The notes below the pieces were generated by a model. That model ran no database searches, was not told where the DNA came from, and saw nothing but the letters and a program-made list of their open reading frames with translations. Below, piece by piece: positions 38,979 through 50,349 of a stretch of DNA of 64,000 bases. This DNA comes from Raillietiella orientalis (lineage: Eukaryota), in the NCBI GenBank assembly GCA_036172245.1, contig JAYWIR010000045.1, forward strand, positions 992,001 through 1,056,000, in the 5' to 3' direction. Position numbers and translations under genes: made by a program. Each line of letters starts with the position of its first letter. Positions within the stretch are counted from its first letter, which is position 1.

Positions 38979-39074
38979 CTGCAGCATGATGGAGATGCCG
39001 ACGATTCCCTGCGGCTTGTGCTTCGCTTCGGACATGTTGTGGTAGAGATCCGAGTTGAAGCAGTAGATCTGCAC
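38979..39074 (-). CDS. CA10: CARP exon: VQIYCFNSDLYHNMSEAKHKPQGIVGISIMLQ
   Basis: 96 nt, phase 0/0; acceptor cgttttcag, donor gtagct. Confidence 0.95.
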
Positions 39075-39184
39075 CTGAAAACGCAAACGGGAGTCCCTTA
39101 GCACCCTCGCTCCTGGGAGGCTGGGCGGCGCAGGGGCAGGGGAGCCCTGCAATCACGCGGAGAAGAACGCACGAGACGCGTTAC

Positions 39185-39376
39185 CTCACCAAGGAAGGGC
39201 TTCCCGTCGATCCTGTGCTCCGAACCTCCGTCGTTTTCGATTCCGTAGTGAAAGTACATCTCCTGGAACTGGTACTTGTACGTCAGGGATCCTCCGGACA
39301 CGTTCACTGCCGTGCGCGTGTGCTTGTCCACCCGGAAGACCAACGACTGCCCCGTGTTCAGAAGAACGCCGTTGAC
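39185..39376 (-). CDS. CA10: CARP exon: VNGVLLNTGQSLVFRVDK...QEMYFHYG...GSEHRIDGKPFLGE
   Basis: 192 nt, phase 0/0; NTG and GSEH motifs; donor gtaacg. Confidence 0.95.
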
Positions 39377-39417
39377 CTGAGGCAGGCAGAGAGGAGTGTG
39401 AGGGCGAGAATTCTTCA

Positions 39418-39724
39418 ACTACACCGAGTTCACCAGAGGGATGAGGTTGCACGCGCAGAATCTGCGGGAAGCCGGGGGCGAAGCGGCGACGCCATCGTGC
39501 AAAGAGGAAGAGGACGAGCGGAAGAGGAAATCGGGCACCTCCTGAGTGGTCATATAGGTCAGTTTGTTCATGACGATCCACGTGCAAACTTGCCAGCATC
39601 CGGCACGCGGATGTCGGGAAGCATGCCGTCTTGGAATGGAAAGCGCATGAGTGAGGAAGGCTTTTCAGAGACCACTTTCCGCGGGGGTCATTTTCCGTAT
39701 TCCATTACAGTCGGTTGCCAAGGA
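39418..39724. repeat. Mosaic intragenic duplication: direct copy of 36866-37058 plus inverted copy of about 37294-37382
   Basis: 39418-39603 aligns directly with 36866-37058, including the 3' part of a CARP exon and its donor; 39626-39724 aligns in reverse complement with 37294-37382. Confidence 0.88.
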
Positions 39725-42700
39725 AGCTCCTGAGAGGAGGCGGCGGTAGAATCAGCGGCCCACGATGGGGGAAGCCACCGAGCAGCGCGGACAGCATGCA
39801 AATGCACTTGACGACGCATTTGCATGCTGGTGTTTCGCGAGTTCGTTTGAAAGGTGGGGGCGGCGCACGCAGTACTGCCCCAGGGTTTTTTAGGGGGGGG
39901 GGGACCATTTGGGTAACACTTAAGCCGCGGATGAGAAAGGATCGCCGCTTCACCACGAACGTACTCGCGGGAGATTTCGGTCACTCTGATGCGCTTCTTT
40001 CTCTGAAAACAAACTTACAAAAAGCTCGGGAAGCGGGTTGTTAAGGAAAGCAAACGAATAGTCCGCGGGGAAGGTCCACTGGCACTCAGCGTATCCGGAA
40101 GGAATGGGAGGAGACACAGGATCTTCGGTATAGCCCGTTCCTTCCTCCCTGCACCTTCCCGAGCTCTTCTCCCCCCCTTCCCCCCCTTGACAAGTGGGAC
40201 CGCCTCGCAAAGGCGGCTGCTGATTTCCCGCTGCTGCTAGCTCAGCTCCAGGACGACTTCCGGCTGCCGAGATGGCACCGCCACGCAATCCACCACCACA
40301 GCCTACACGGAAGAAAACCCTCTGAGTGCGGAGATCAGCCACAGCAAGTCCCTCGCGCTGCCCTCCGGGTGCGACAGCGCTTCTTCCAGCCTTCTCCGCG
40401 GTTCCTGGAGGCCACCGTGGTCCAGCGAGAGGCGCGGGAACGATTCGATAGTCCCGCTCCCCCGACACGGTTTGGAGGCGCAGCTCCTTCGGAAACGAGG
40501 TGTAGTCGCTTTTTGCACCGGAAACCCAGCTCAGGAAGCGCTTTCTCTTGAGGAGGAGCACCTGTGTGAGCGCGCAAAGGGCCGGGGACTGGCCAAAGTA
40601 GCCTCTCGGGCTAAAGCCGCAGGAGAGGCTGCGTCCACCAGTTCTCTCGTCCTCTAGTCTTCCGAGAGTTTCGCAACTCCCTCAGTAGTGCAGGAGAACT
40701 CCCCACCCTTCCGGGTTCGTCCGACCTAGTCGAGCTGCTTGCCCTCGGGACAGACAGCGCGGAGTGAGACGGCTGTGAATCGATCCTTGCGAGAAGCAGG
40801 GGGTCGCTTCCGCTCCCCCCCCTTCTGTGGATCCAAGGACGCAGCGCCGTCGCCGCCCTTCCCCGATTGTCGCTTCCTTTCGTCGACCCTGGGAGAGCAG
40901 CGTTTCCATTGGGTACGTCCTCCCCCGGTGGAAACGACATAGCAACCTCTGAGCATTTCCCTGAAGTCTCCTATCCCTAATGTATGAAGCAGCCGCTCCA
41001 GGAAAAGGTCACGGCGCTCGCATTTTTTCTCCTCTGAGCACTCGCTGGAGCGGCTGCTTCCGCCCACACCTCCCCTTCACCGGAGGAATGAACCGCCCAG
41101 TTGCACAGCAACACCATCAAAACGATCTCTTCCTCCCTTCTCCTGCTCGCTGGGTGCGCAGCCTCTTTCGTCCTGAAAGTTCGACCGCAGCAGCGACCAC
41201 CCAAGTGGCCGAACAGGCGGGCTCTCCCCTGCCTCACTTTCCAGAAGACCTTATAAACCCATCTGGAATCAGCGCTCCATCCTTTCACCCCTGTATCCAC
41301 TGGGGGTCTCCTGAAGCAGCGCGATCCTCGCTCTTCCTCGCGCGCCTTTGCGCGTGCGGTCGGGAGGGCAGGATAGGATGTCCCTTGGATCCTCGGCACG
41401 GGAGGAAGGGTAGGAAGATCGCGTGCCCTTCCCTCTCCATCCCTTACTCCCTCCCCTCACACACATAACAACTTTCGCAGTCTCATCACTGGAAAGATGA
41501 CTTTCTCCCGTCCTTGGAAATGGAGGCAGCTCAGCCATCGTGTTCCTCCCCCCACCCATTCTCCCACGGCAACGCATTCACTCTCACCCACCCCGTTCTC
41601 TGCTGCAGGACACCACGAGAGCCTCTAGTGCGCGTTCCCGATGCGTTCCTCAAACGGAAGAGAATTCGCCCTCTTCCTGGATCGGCTCCCGCCGCAGAGC
41701 GTCTCTCGAAAATCGTTCCATCGGCGGGACCCTCCCTCTCTCGGAGCGAGCCCATCCGACGCGCCGTTGCCAAGCACCGAAAGCTCCTCACCGATAACCC
41801 GCGGATGCTTCGCGAACGGCCGGTAGAAAGGGTTGCCTTGAGGCAAATGTCACATCCCAGAGTTCTCCGGAAGCTGCAGTGAGTCGGGAAGGGGAGGAAT
41901 GTGTATTCCGGAGGACGGGGAGACGAAAGGCTCGGGTAGGACGCCGTTCCCTCCTTCCCTAGAGAAGGAGGTTGAAGGGAAGCACCAAGAGTTCCGCGGC
42001 CGACCTCATCTTGAAGCGGGTGCGCTGCCCTCGGTGTGGAGTGGAGCTTTCGCTCCAGAAGCTCCAGGTCATTGCTACCAGGACGAGGAGTCGCGCCACA
42101 GTGGCAAGAGGAGGAGCGAGGGAGCACAGTAGTAGTGGGGAAATGCATTCCGCCTGCTCATTTCTAGAATAAGCTGAGATGCCTGGAAAGAAACGAGAGG
42201 CAGGAGCTGGTCCTCCCCAGCTCCGGAGGCAGCGCTCGCGTCCTAGGCGGCAGCCTTCAGGGGAGCAGTCGTTTTTCAGGTTCTTCTCCAGAGACGCCGT
42301 CCCCTTCCCTCCTCTTCCTGGGTGGAGGCCTCCTCCGCGGCACCTCTGGAAGCGAGAAACGATGCGAGGTCTCTCCCACGCACAGTCATCTCCCGGAGAC
42401 GCATTCTAAGAAGACCACCAGGTGGATCCGGAGACTGATACGCTTCCCCTTTCCTTCATAGGAAGCCATCCAGACGTGCGCGGTCTTCCTCACATCCTTC
42501 CCTGTAAGACCGGAAGCGTCCCTCTGCTCTCCTCAGCAGCATTCCTGCCCCTCCTCATTTTCGGATTCTTTCCCTCCCCCCTCCCTCGTTTCTTGGCTTT
42601 CAGCGATACGCGAGAGCGCCAAAGGCGTAGGTGGCGCTGGCCGGGAAACCTCCCTCGCCACGCCTCATCCTCCCAGTAGGAAGGATTTCCACGGGTTGTT

Positions 42701-45700
42701 TTCCTTCCTTTCTTCCTTCCGGCTGTGGGATGATCGAGGGCGGGAGGGAGGGAAGCGACTGGCGCGCTCACCATCTTCCGGTTCCCCGATGTCCCTCTGC
42801 ATCCCTGAAAGGTTTTCCTCTTCCCTTTTTCCCACAGGGCGCAGGCGATCCGCTTCAGCGGCAAACGCATCCCCAGCGAGGCTGAAAGATCCCTCGGTCC
42901 CACTTTCTAGCCCAGTTGCGGGATTCTCTTCCCGTCCGCGGGCCTCTCAGCATGCGTCCGTTCCTTCCTGGGAAATCGCGAGACTCTAGAACGTTGTCGC
43001 CGCCACGCATCCCTCGCCAACAGGGCGCACTCGGGCCTTAACCCTATTCTTCCTTCCTTCCTCCCCCCCGTGCCTTCCTGCCCTCTGGAAGGTTACAGAA
43101 GGGGCGAAGGAGGAAGATTGGGAAAACAAGGAATAGAGAGGGCGCGGAGGGAAGGGTGCCACCGGGGACTCTCCGGACTAGGGCGCTGCACACTCTCCCT
43201 GCCTCTTCCTCCTCTCTCCTTTCCACTCTTTATCTTATCACGTCGCTGGAAAGAAGGGTTGCGTGGGACCAACCTCTCGGTCACCCTTCTCTTTCCGAGA
43301 GTGCTGCTCCCAAAGAAGGAATGAACACGCGAAGGGGGAGGATCAAGAAGCTCCACGCTCGCCGAGGACAGTCGGGATGAAGGGAGGGAGTGGGGATCGC
43401 GCTCGCCCTCTGCCTGAGACGGAACTCAAATCCCGGATACGAGGGAGCGCCGCCATCGAGGCTTCTTCAATCTCGCAGTCCCGAGGACTCTAGGAGTGTC
43501 AGTGCGGGACAGGACGACACAAGATTTGGCATGTGTGAAGCTTTTGTGGATCCACGGTTGCGCTCCTACAGCCTTCCGGACATTCCCGTTTCCCCTGCTG
43601 TCTGAGGATCTCTTTCTGTCGCCCAGCTGCTCTCAGAAGGAGGCGAGAAGCTTCCAGTCGGACCATCCCGAGAGGAGAGAAGGCTCCCGCTCACAGGCAG
43701 GCTTCCTCCATGAGACCTTCGGCTGCCCCCTAAAGGGCAGGTCCCAAGCGACCGAGAAGTCAGGCGGGGTCACTGCTGTCGGAGGGGTGAGACAGCCCTT
43801 GGTCGGCCGACGTCGAAGAGGGTGGGGCGCGTCGCCGCTAACCCATCTTCCCTCGCCGGAACTGACGCCAGCACACCTCCCTGAGAGCACAGCTTCCTAT
43901 CTCGTCCACAGGTCAGTCTGCAAGTGTCAATCTGTCCCCTTTTCCCCCTCGGTTGAGCCAGGTGCGCTTCTAGCAAGGCGAGGCAGCAGGAGCCTCTCGA
44001 CAGGAACGACCTTGAGAAAGACCTCAGAATCGGAATGGGGCACCCTGGTGGAGAGGGCCTCCGGGCGCAGGACGGAAGTCCTGGGGATTCCTGCTTGAGT
44101 CGAAGTCCCCCGGAGTGCAGGTGGGACCAAAAATAGATCATTCTCCGCGCCTTCCGTGAACATCCCGCCGGAAGTCCGATCGGCCTCCGTTCCTTTCTCA
44201 TCCGGTTTCGTTATTAGCGCGCACGGAATTCCCGGCAATGACAGAACAAAGGACTTTTCGCCCGGTAAATTCACTGTCTCTATCCCCGTCGGAGGGATGC
44301 AGGAAGAAAACGGCCCCTCCAAAGAAGCCCTGCTCGACCCGGCCCACAGGGAAACCGGGTGCGGGAGGGGGGAGCCATCCGAGGTCTCTGGTAGGGAAGA
44401 ACTCTCCACCGAGGGGTCAAAACAACCACTCGTTCCCTCCCGCGAAAGGTCCAGCGCGGATCTCCCCCGAAAGGCAGTACCCGGTAGTACCTCCTTTGCC
44501 TTATCCTCCCGCTTCAAGCTCTCGAAAACGTTTCTTCCCCCTCCCCCTCGAAATCCTCCCTTCCCCGTTCCAGGCCCTACTTGCACTCGCCCTTCGGCTT
44601 CTGTGCAAGAACGAAGGAGCGGAGGGCTTTCCAGAATGGACTTCCTCCTGGGTTGCTCGCCCAATGTCCCACCCCGATCTCCCTCCTCTCCGTTCCACCC
44701 TCCTACCGCCTTTGTTTTTCCGCAGAGAGGCCGGCGAGCACTCTTTAAGGCACGAAGCACCAGCGGGTCAGAGTCGTTGTTCGGGACTTGGGAGAAGAAC
44801 CGGGGTGCTCCGACCACGTCGGATCGGGATTCGATTGGCACCCTCCCGTCCACCCTCGACACCATTAGTGGGGTTACAAGGGAGAGGAAGAGGGGGGGGG
44901 TTGATTTCAGACGAGTTTCCTAGACACCTGGTCTATGATGTTCCGGACAGATCAGAGGCAGGGAGAGAGGTGGAAGGCGGAAGGGGGAGCGCAATGGAAC
45001 GCCTCGGAGATCAACAGCTTCTCCTTTCCTCCACCCTAGCAGGACCGCGCGGAAGGCTCTCTGCAGAGTTGTCTGCCAGAGATCGCCAAGGGACTCCACA
45101 CGAAATCCTTGCGCAGTTCCTTCGACGCCGGGAAAATCCCCTGTCTGATGACGAGACGGGAGGAAGAAGGGAAAGGTTATTCGGGAGCCTCGAGGGTCCA
45201 GCAGCCTCTTGAGATATAACGGCTGCGATGATGCGGCCGCGTCGTGCGTCAACCGTTTCGTGAGCTGCTGCTGACATCGGGGGATTCTGGAGATGCGGCT
45301 CCACATTGAAAGAAAAGATGAGGGGAGAAGGAGAAGATGAGGGAGGAGGAGAAGGGAGGAAAACAGAAGAAGAAAGAAAAAAATAAGGGAAGAGCAGAGG
45401 GACACCCCCAGGATTCATGGCCGGAGCACCCTCAGAGATGTACTTCTGTCAAAAGAGGGAAAACACGCGGAAGGGGAGTGACATTCCCGCGCTCGTCGTC
45501 TTCGTCAGACGACACCTCGGCGCGTGTTCTCCCTTTCTCGTTCATACTCTTTCCATCCACCTGCCCTTCCTCCTCCTCCCCCCCCCCTTCCCCCGAGCGG
45601 AAGCAAGAGCGCCACCGTCGCCGCGTCCGCCTCACCCAACCATACGCTGTTCGCGCGTCGGCGATGTGAGCATGCGTGTCCACGCAGCCCATCCGGAGCT

Positions 45701-48102
45701 TTCGTGCTCCCCGCGCGCGCAGGCGTGCGCACCCTTCCTCAGTGTCTAACTCCTCCCCCCCCCCCCTTTCCCTCTCAGGGGCTTCCGATCTCTTCATAGA
45801 TTTCGCAGAAAGGACGCACGACCGTCCAGAAAAGACATTCGAGATGATTCACCTAACGCCATTCGGCGTGTGCCTCCTTTCTTCCACCCCCCTTGCTCCC
45901 CTTGCTCTTAGGAGAAGATTCATGCATTCGACGATTCAGCCGAGTCCGACGCAAGAAAAAAACGTTCAGCATCCATCTCTAATGCGTGGATTCCCTCCTT
46001 CCAATCCATCTACGGCTCCCCGAAGTATCTGCACTTCCCGAGCAACGAAACGCTTTGGGCTTATTGGTCACTATGGCGACGACGATGGCACAGCATTACG
46101 GCAAATGATAACGATGATGACGAATGATTATCACCGAGGATCCCAGGGGACGAAACGTTCCTTCCCATCTCAAAACGCTCAAGGGGCCTTCGTCAGATTC
46201 TACCCTTGTGCCCCTTAGCAAGGTAAGGAAATGACGATGGAGAAAGGCGGGAAGTTTCCCATCGTTCTCCGAACCGATGCTGGAGACCATGCAGAGGGGG
46301 GCAGCTATTGCCTGCGACGGGCTTCGGTACGAAGGAGAGCACCCATCTCGCGCGACCGGTGCCGCACGGAGGCAGGAACCCCCAAGGTCCTCCCTTAAGG
46401 GGATGGGGAGGCCTCCCGCGCACTTCCTGGAAGGCCTCTCAAGCAAGCGGACGAATCTGGTCTGCGTTCCTCCGGAAACACGGCAACTGCCCTTCCCTGA
46501 GGGCGTCTTCGACCCACTGCAGTTCGGTGGTTCTTGCGAACGTTTCGCCCTGGGCGCTCTCCGCCTCCAGCGGTCACTTCGCCCCGTCGCCGCCTGTGCT
46601 GCTTCCTGCTGCCGGCCACATCGCTCCCCTGCCCTCTTTTCCCGCGGAAACCGAGATGCTGGCAGTACAGAAACTTCATGTTCTTGGGAGCAGTGTGCCT
46701 TCTGCTGCCTCTCCGCCGCCTGACGACCAGCCTCCGCTCCTCCTTCCCGTGACCATGCCGCACTGCACTGCTGCTGCTTCCTGCTGGGACAGCAGCAGTT
46801 ATCCACTCTTTTTTTTGGAGAGGGTAGGGAGGATCTCCCGGAAAAGGGTGAGCCACGCAAATCTTTCCCTGGCCCGTTACAGAGCGGTCTCCTCCGGGGA
46901 GACCGACTTGGAAGGTTCTCATCTTCCACCCCGAATCCGCTCTCTTCCCAAAGGGGGAAGGAGGAGGGCCAGGCTCAGGCTCGCCCTCCTCGAGCGCTCC
47001 TGCGCGCAGTCGCCGGGCTTTTGCTGCTCTGGAGCCATGGCGGAGGAGCCGCCGCGGCCTTTGACAAAGGGCTCGTTACCACGTTGATTGATGCCAACCA
47101 GTTAGGATAAGAATCCGCCCCGAGTCCCCTCCCTCTGCACAAAGGGGAGCAACTTTCCCTAACTAGGGCATTAAGCAGAGAGCTTTCCGTCGAATCCCGA
47201 AGCGCCGCCTAAGCACCTCGGAAACGCGGGTCCATCCCTGCAAATTAGAAGCTCCATTGGGAGCAAACAATGAGCTTCTGATCCCCCCCTTCTCCTCCTT
47301 CTCCTTCCGCTTCCCACCGTTCTGCCCTCCTCTCCGACCGGCGATCCCGATATGCACTTCTCCCTCCTGGAAGAGCGAGACCTCCCGAAGCCAGCTGCAC
47401 ACATCAACCGACTCCGTTGCGCTGCAGCCACGAGGTGCGCCGCTGCGGCTTCCTCGTGGTGGTTTCCACCTGCGTCCGAGGGTCCTCTGCACACATCCCA
47501 CCCCCTCCCTCCAATCCCAGACCCAGACATCTCACGCTCCCGACGACTGGTCCTCCTCCCTTCCCTCCCGCGTGCGTCTTGCCCTTTCAGCCTCTGTCCG
47601 ACGTCACCGAAGACCTTCGCCATGTCTTCATGACTACGAGGCGGACCCGGGTCAGCTTGCAACCCCTCCCTTGTCTTCGACGAATGGTCCCTCGGCGCAC
47701 GGATGCATAGTCGGCTCCGCGAACGGCTGGGTCATCAGCGGAACCGCGCCCTTGAGGAAGAGACGCTCGCACTGCGTGGGCGGGCAGTTGCCGCGAAAGC
47801 CCATCCGCCCACCTACGCAACGTGAGGGAGACCTTGAGGGTGAGGCGGTATCCGTTGCCCCCGCCTGCTGCCATCCCAGGCGCTCACGTTTCGGGCAGGT
47901 GGAGAGCTTGCCAAAGCTGGCGGTGCAGGTCGGCGTAGGATGCTCTGCATCTCCAGCCAGGCCTTCTCCCACCAGCGCGCGGCAAACGCAGGACCGTCGC
48001 CGAGCCCTGGTTCCGCCGTCGCAGCCCACGCCTTCTGCCCACAGGAGGGGCACGCTGGGGAGCACGGCGCACGGTGCGAGGGTGCTCTGCAGCGAAAAGC
48101 TG

Positions 48103-48546
48103 CGGCTCCGCGCGGCTGCGAAGGCAAACACGGGAAGGGAACATCCCTCGCTGCCTCGAGAGACGAGGGACGTCCCCTCCACCCACCCTTTCGACTCTCT
48201 CCACAGACGCAGCATCATCACTCTCTTCCTTTCGAATCAACTTCTCTGGATCTAGTTTTTCCTTCTCTCTCTCCCTTTCCTTTTTGTGTTGGAGGGGGGA
48301 GGGAGGTGGCGAGAGAAGGGTCACCGCAGAGCACCTGCAGGTCCGTGTGAAGGCGAGGGTTAACCATTCCCAAAGAAGGAGTCAACGGGGCGCATCCTTC
48401 CCAAGAAGTCGCTGGCCGGCGATCGACGCCAGAGGGCGGCGGAGGGTTCTCGCAGGTCGCTGAGGAACAGGTCAGATCCCGTCCCGCTGTGCTCAAGGGA
48501 GAGGTGAGGTCGATTTCCGCAGCCGCGTCGGCGCTTCTCAGACGCA
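48103..48546 (+). repeat. Direct duplication of about 440 bp, copy A (partner 49769-50210)
   Basis: cggctccgcgcggctgc...ctctccacagacgcagc...cattcccaaagaaggagtcaacggg...ggcgct..tcagac aligns along its full length. Confidence 0.92.
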
Positions 48547-49768
48547 GCCCCGCGGATCCGTTACAGGAGATTGGCAGCGGTTCTCACCGCCGACTTCCTT
48601 TCCCTCGTCCTCGCGGCGCAGCGGCGCTCCCCTTCCGTCTCGCCACCGGACTGAAGGCGAAGAGCACGCAAGGGCAAGCGTCGCCTGGACTCCCCGGTGC
48701 TGGATGGGCGGACCGCGCGCGCGCGTTCTCTCTCCGCTTCCACTGCTGGCATTTGGTCCGCCAGTGAGGCTGCACCAGGTTCCGCTCGCAACCGGCCGGA
48801 AAGGAGGGTGCGCGGAGACGGCAAGCGGACGCCCGTACGGGGGCAGGAGGACGAGGCAGCCCCTCCGAGAATGGGACCGCCCGCGGCTCCATCGCTGCCT
48901 CCTCGCGGCAAGTCGACCTGGTGCGGGAGCTCTAGGCTCGCTCGTCCGCCCCGCCCTCGGAAGAGAGCGGCTCCGACCGTCCTCTTCTTCTTGGGAGGCG
49001 GTTGCGCCCTCGTCACCGCGAGGATCCAGACGGGAGACTCCTGGAGGACGCTTCCTCGGAGCCGCTCTGGCCGCGGCGGCGACCCCAGATCCACCTCCAC
49101 CCTTCGACGAGAGGAGACGTTGAGTGGACGCCGAAAGAGGGCGCCTCTCCTCTGTGACCAAAGTCTGAGGGGACTCCGCAGAGACCGCGGTCGTTTCGCG
49201 AGATTACCCAGACTCTCTGAGGAGGAGATCCCATCAAAAACATCGCAAGAACACGCTCTTGGAGGAAACAGCCGGGTCCGAATTGAAACTGATGCAACTT
49301 TAATGATCTCACTGGGACAAGAGCTCCGGGTCCGATAGGTTTCTAGGGCAAGGCTGCTATTATGGCCCGCGACGCCATTTGCTTGATTAATTCGGGGAGG
49401 AGGGGGAGGAGACACGTGGGGATAAATATTGATGTCCAGGAACGCGCAGGTAAATAATTGAAATTAAAAACTCTCGACTCGTGGAGGAGGAGGGGGGGAG
49501 AAGAGGAGGGGAGGGGGAGACGCTCCCTTTTTGCACGCCTCCTCGAGGATGGACGCAAATATTGATGCTGGGAGACGGGAGACCGAGTAAGGACGGGGTG
49601 CACGAGAGGCAAAGCTCCGCAAACAGACGCGGAAGGCGGAAAACGTCCCGCCAGCCGGGAGAGAGAGCGAGGCACCACGTGCGAAACCGGGAAGAGGGGG
49701 AAGGAAAGCCTGGCTGGGGTCTGCACAAACCGCGGGGACACACCGCAAGCCGCGGGGAAGTCCGGGAA

Positions 49769-50210
49769 CGGCTCCGCGCGGCTGCAAAAGCAAACACGGG
49801 AAGGGAACACCCCTCGTTGCCTCGCGAGACGAGGGACGTCCCCTTCACCCCCTCTTCCGACTCTCTCCACAGACGCAGCGTCATCACTCTCTTCCTTTCG
49901 AATCAACTTCTCTGGATCTAGTTTCTCCTTCTCTCTCTCCCTCCCCTTTTTGTGTTGGAGGGGGGAGGGAGGTGGCGAGAGAAGGGTCACCGCAGAGCAC
50001 CTGCAGGTCCGTGTGAAGGCGAGGGTTAACCATTCCCAAAGAAGGAGTCAACGGGCGCATCCTTCCCAAGAAGTCTCTGGCCGGCGATCGACGCCAGAGG
50101 GCGGCGGGGGGTTCTCGCAGGTTGCTGAGGAACGGGTCAGATCCCGCCTTGCGGTGCCCAAGGGAGAGGCGAGGTCCACTTTCGCCGCCGCGTTGGCGCT
50201 CTTCAGACTC
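49769..50210 (+). repeat. Direct duplication of about 440 bp, copy B (5' end of the 10.8-kb CARP intron)
   Basis: Aligns with 48103-48546 and abuts the donor of exon 50213-50349. Confidence 0.92.
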
Positions 50211-50212
50211 AC

Positions 50213-50349
50213 GCGATTTTTGTCCACGTGGAGCTTCCTTAGCTGTGGATCGAACAGCAGGCTCTTCGGGTCGATGTTGACGGGAGACTGCCGCTTCCCT
50301 CTGTTGCAGAGGTTCCACTCCAGGTTTATCAAGCCCCAGAAGGAGGGAC
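50213..50349 (-). CDS. CA10: CARP exon: (G)PSFWGLINLEWNLCNRGKRQSPVNIDPKSLLFDPQLRKLHVDKNR
   Basis: 137 nt; acceptor ctcctccacag, donor gtgagt; QSP(V/I)NI motif of alpha-CAs. Confidence 0.95.
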
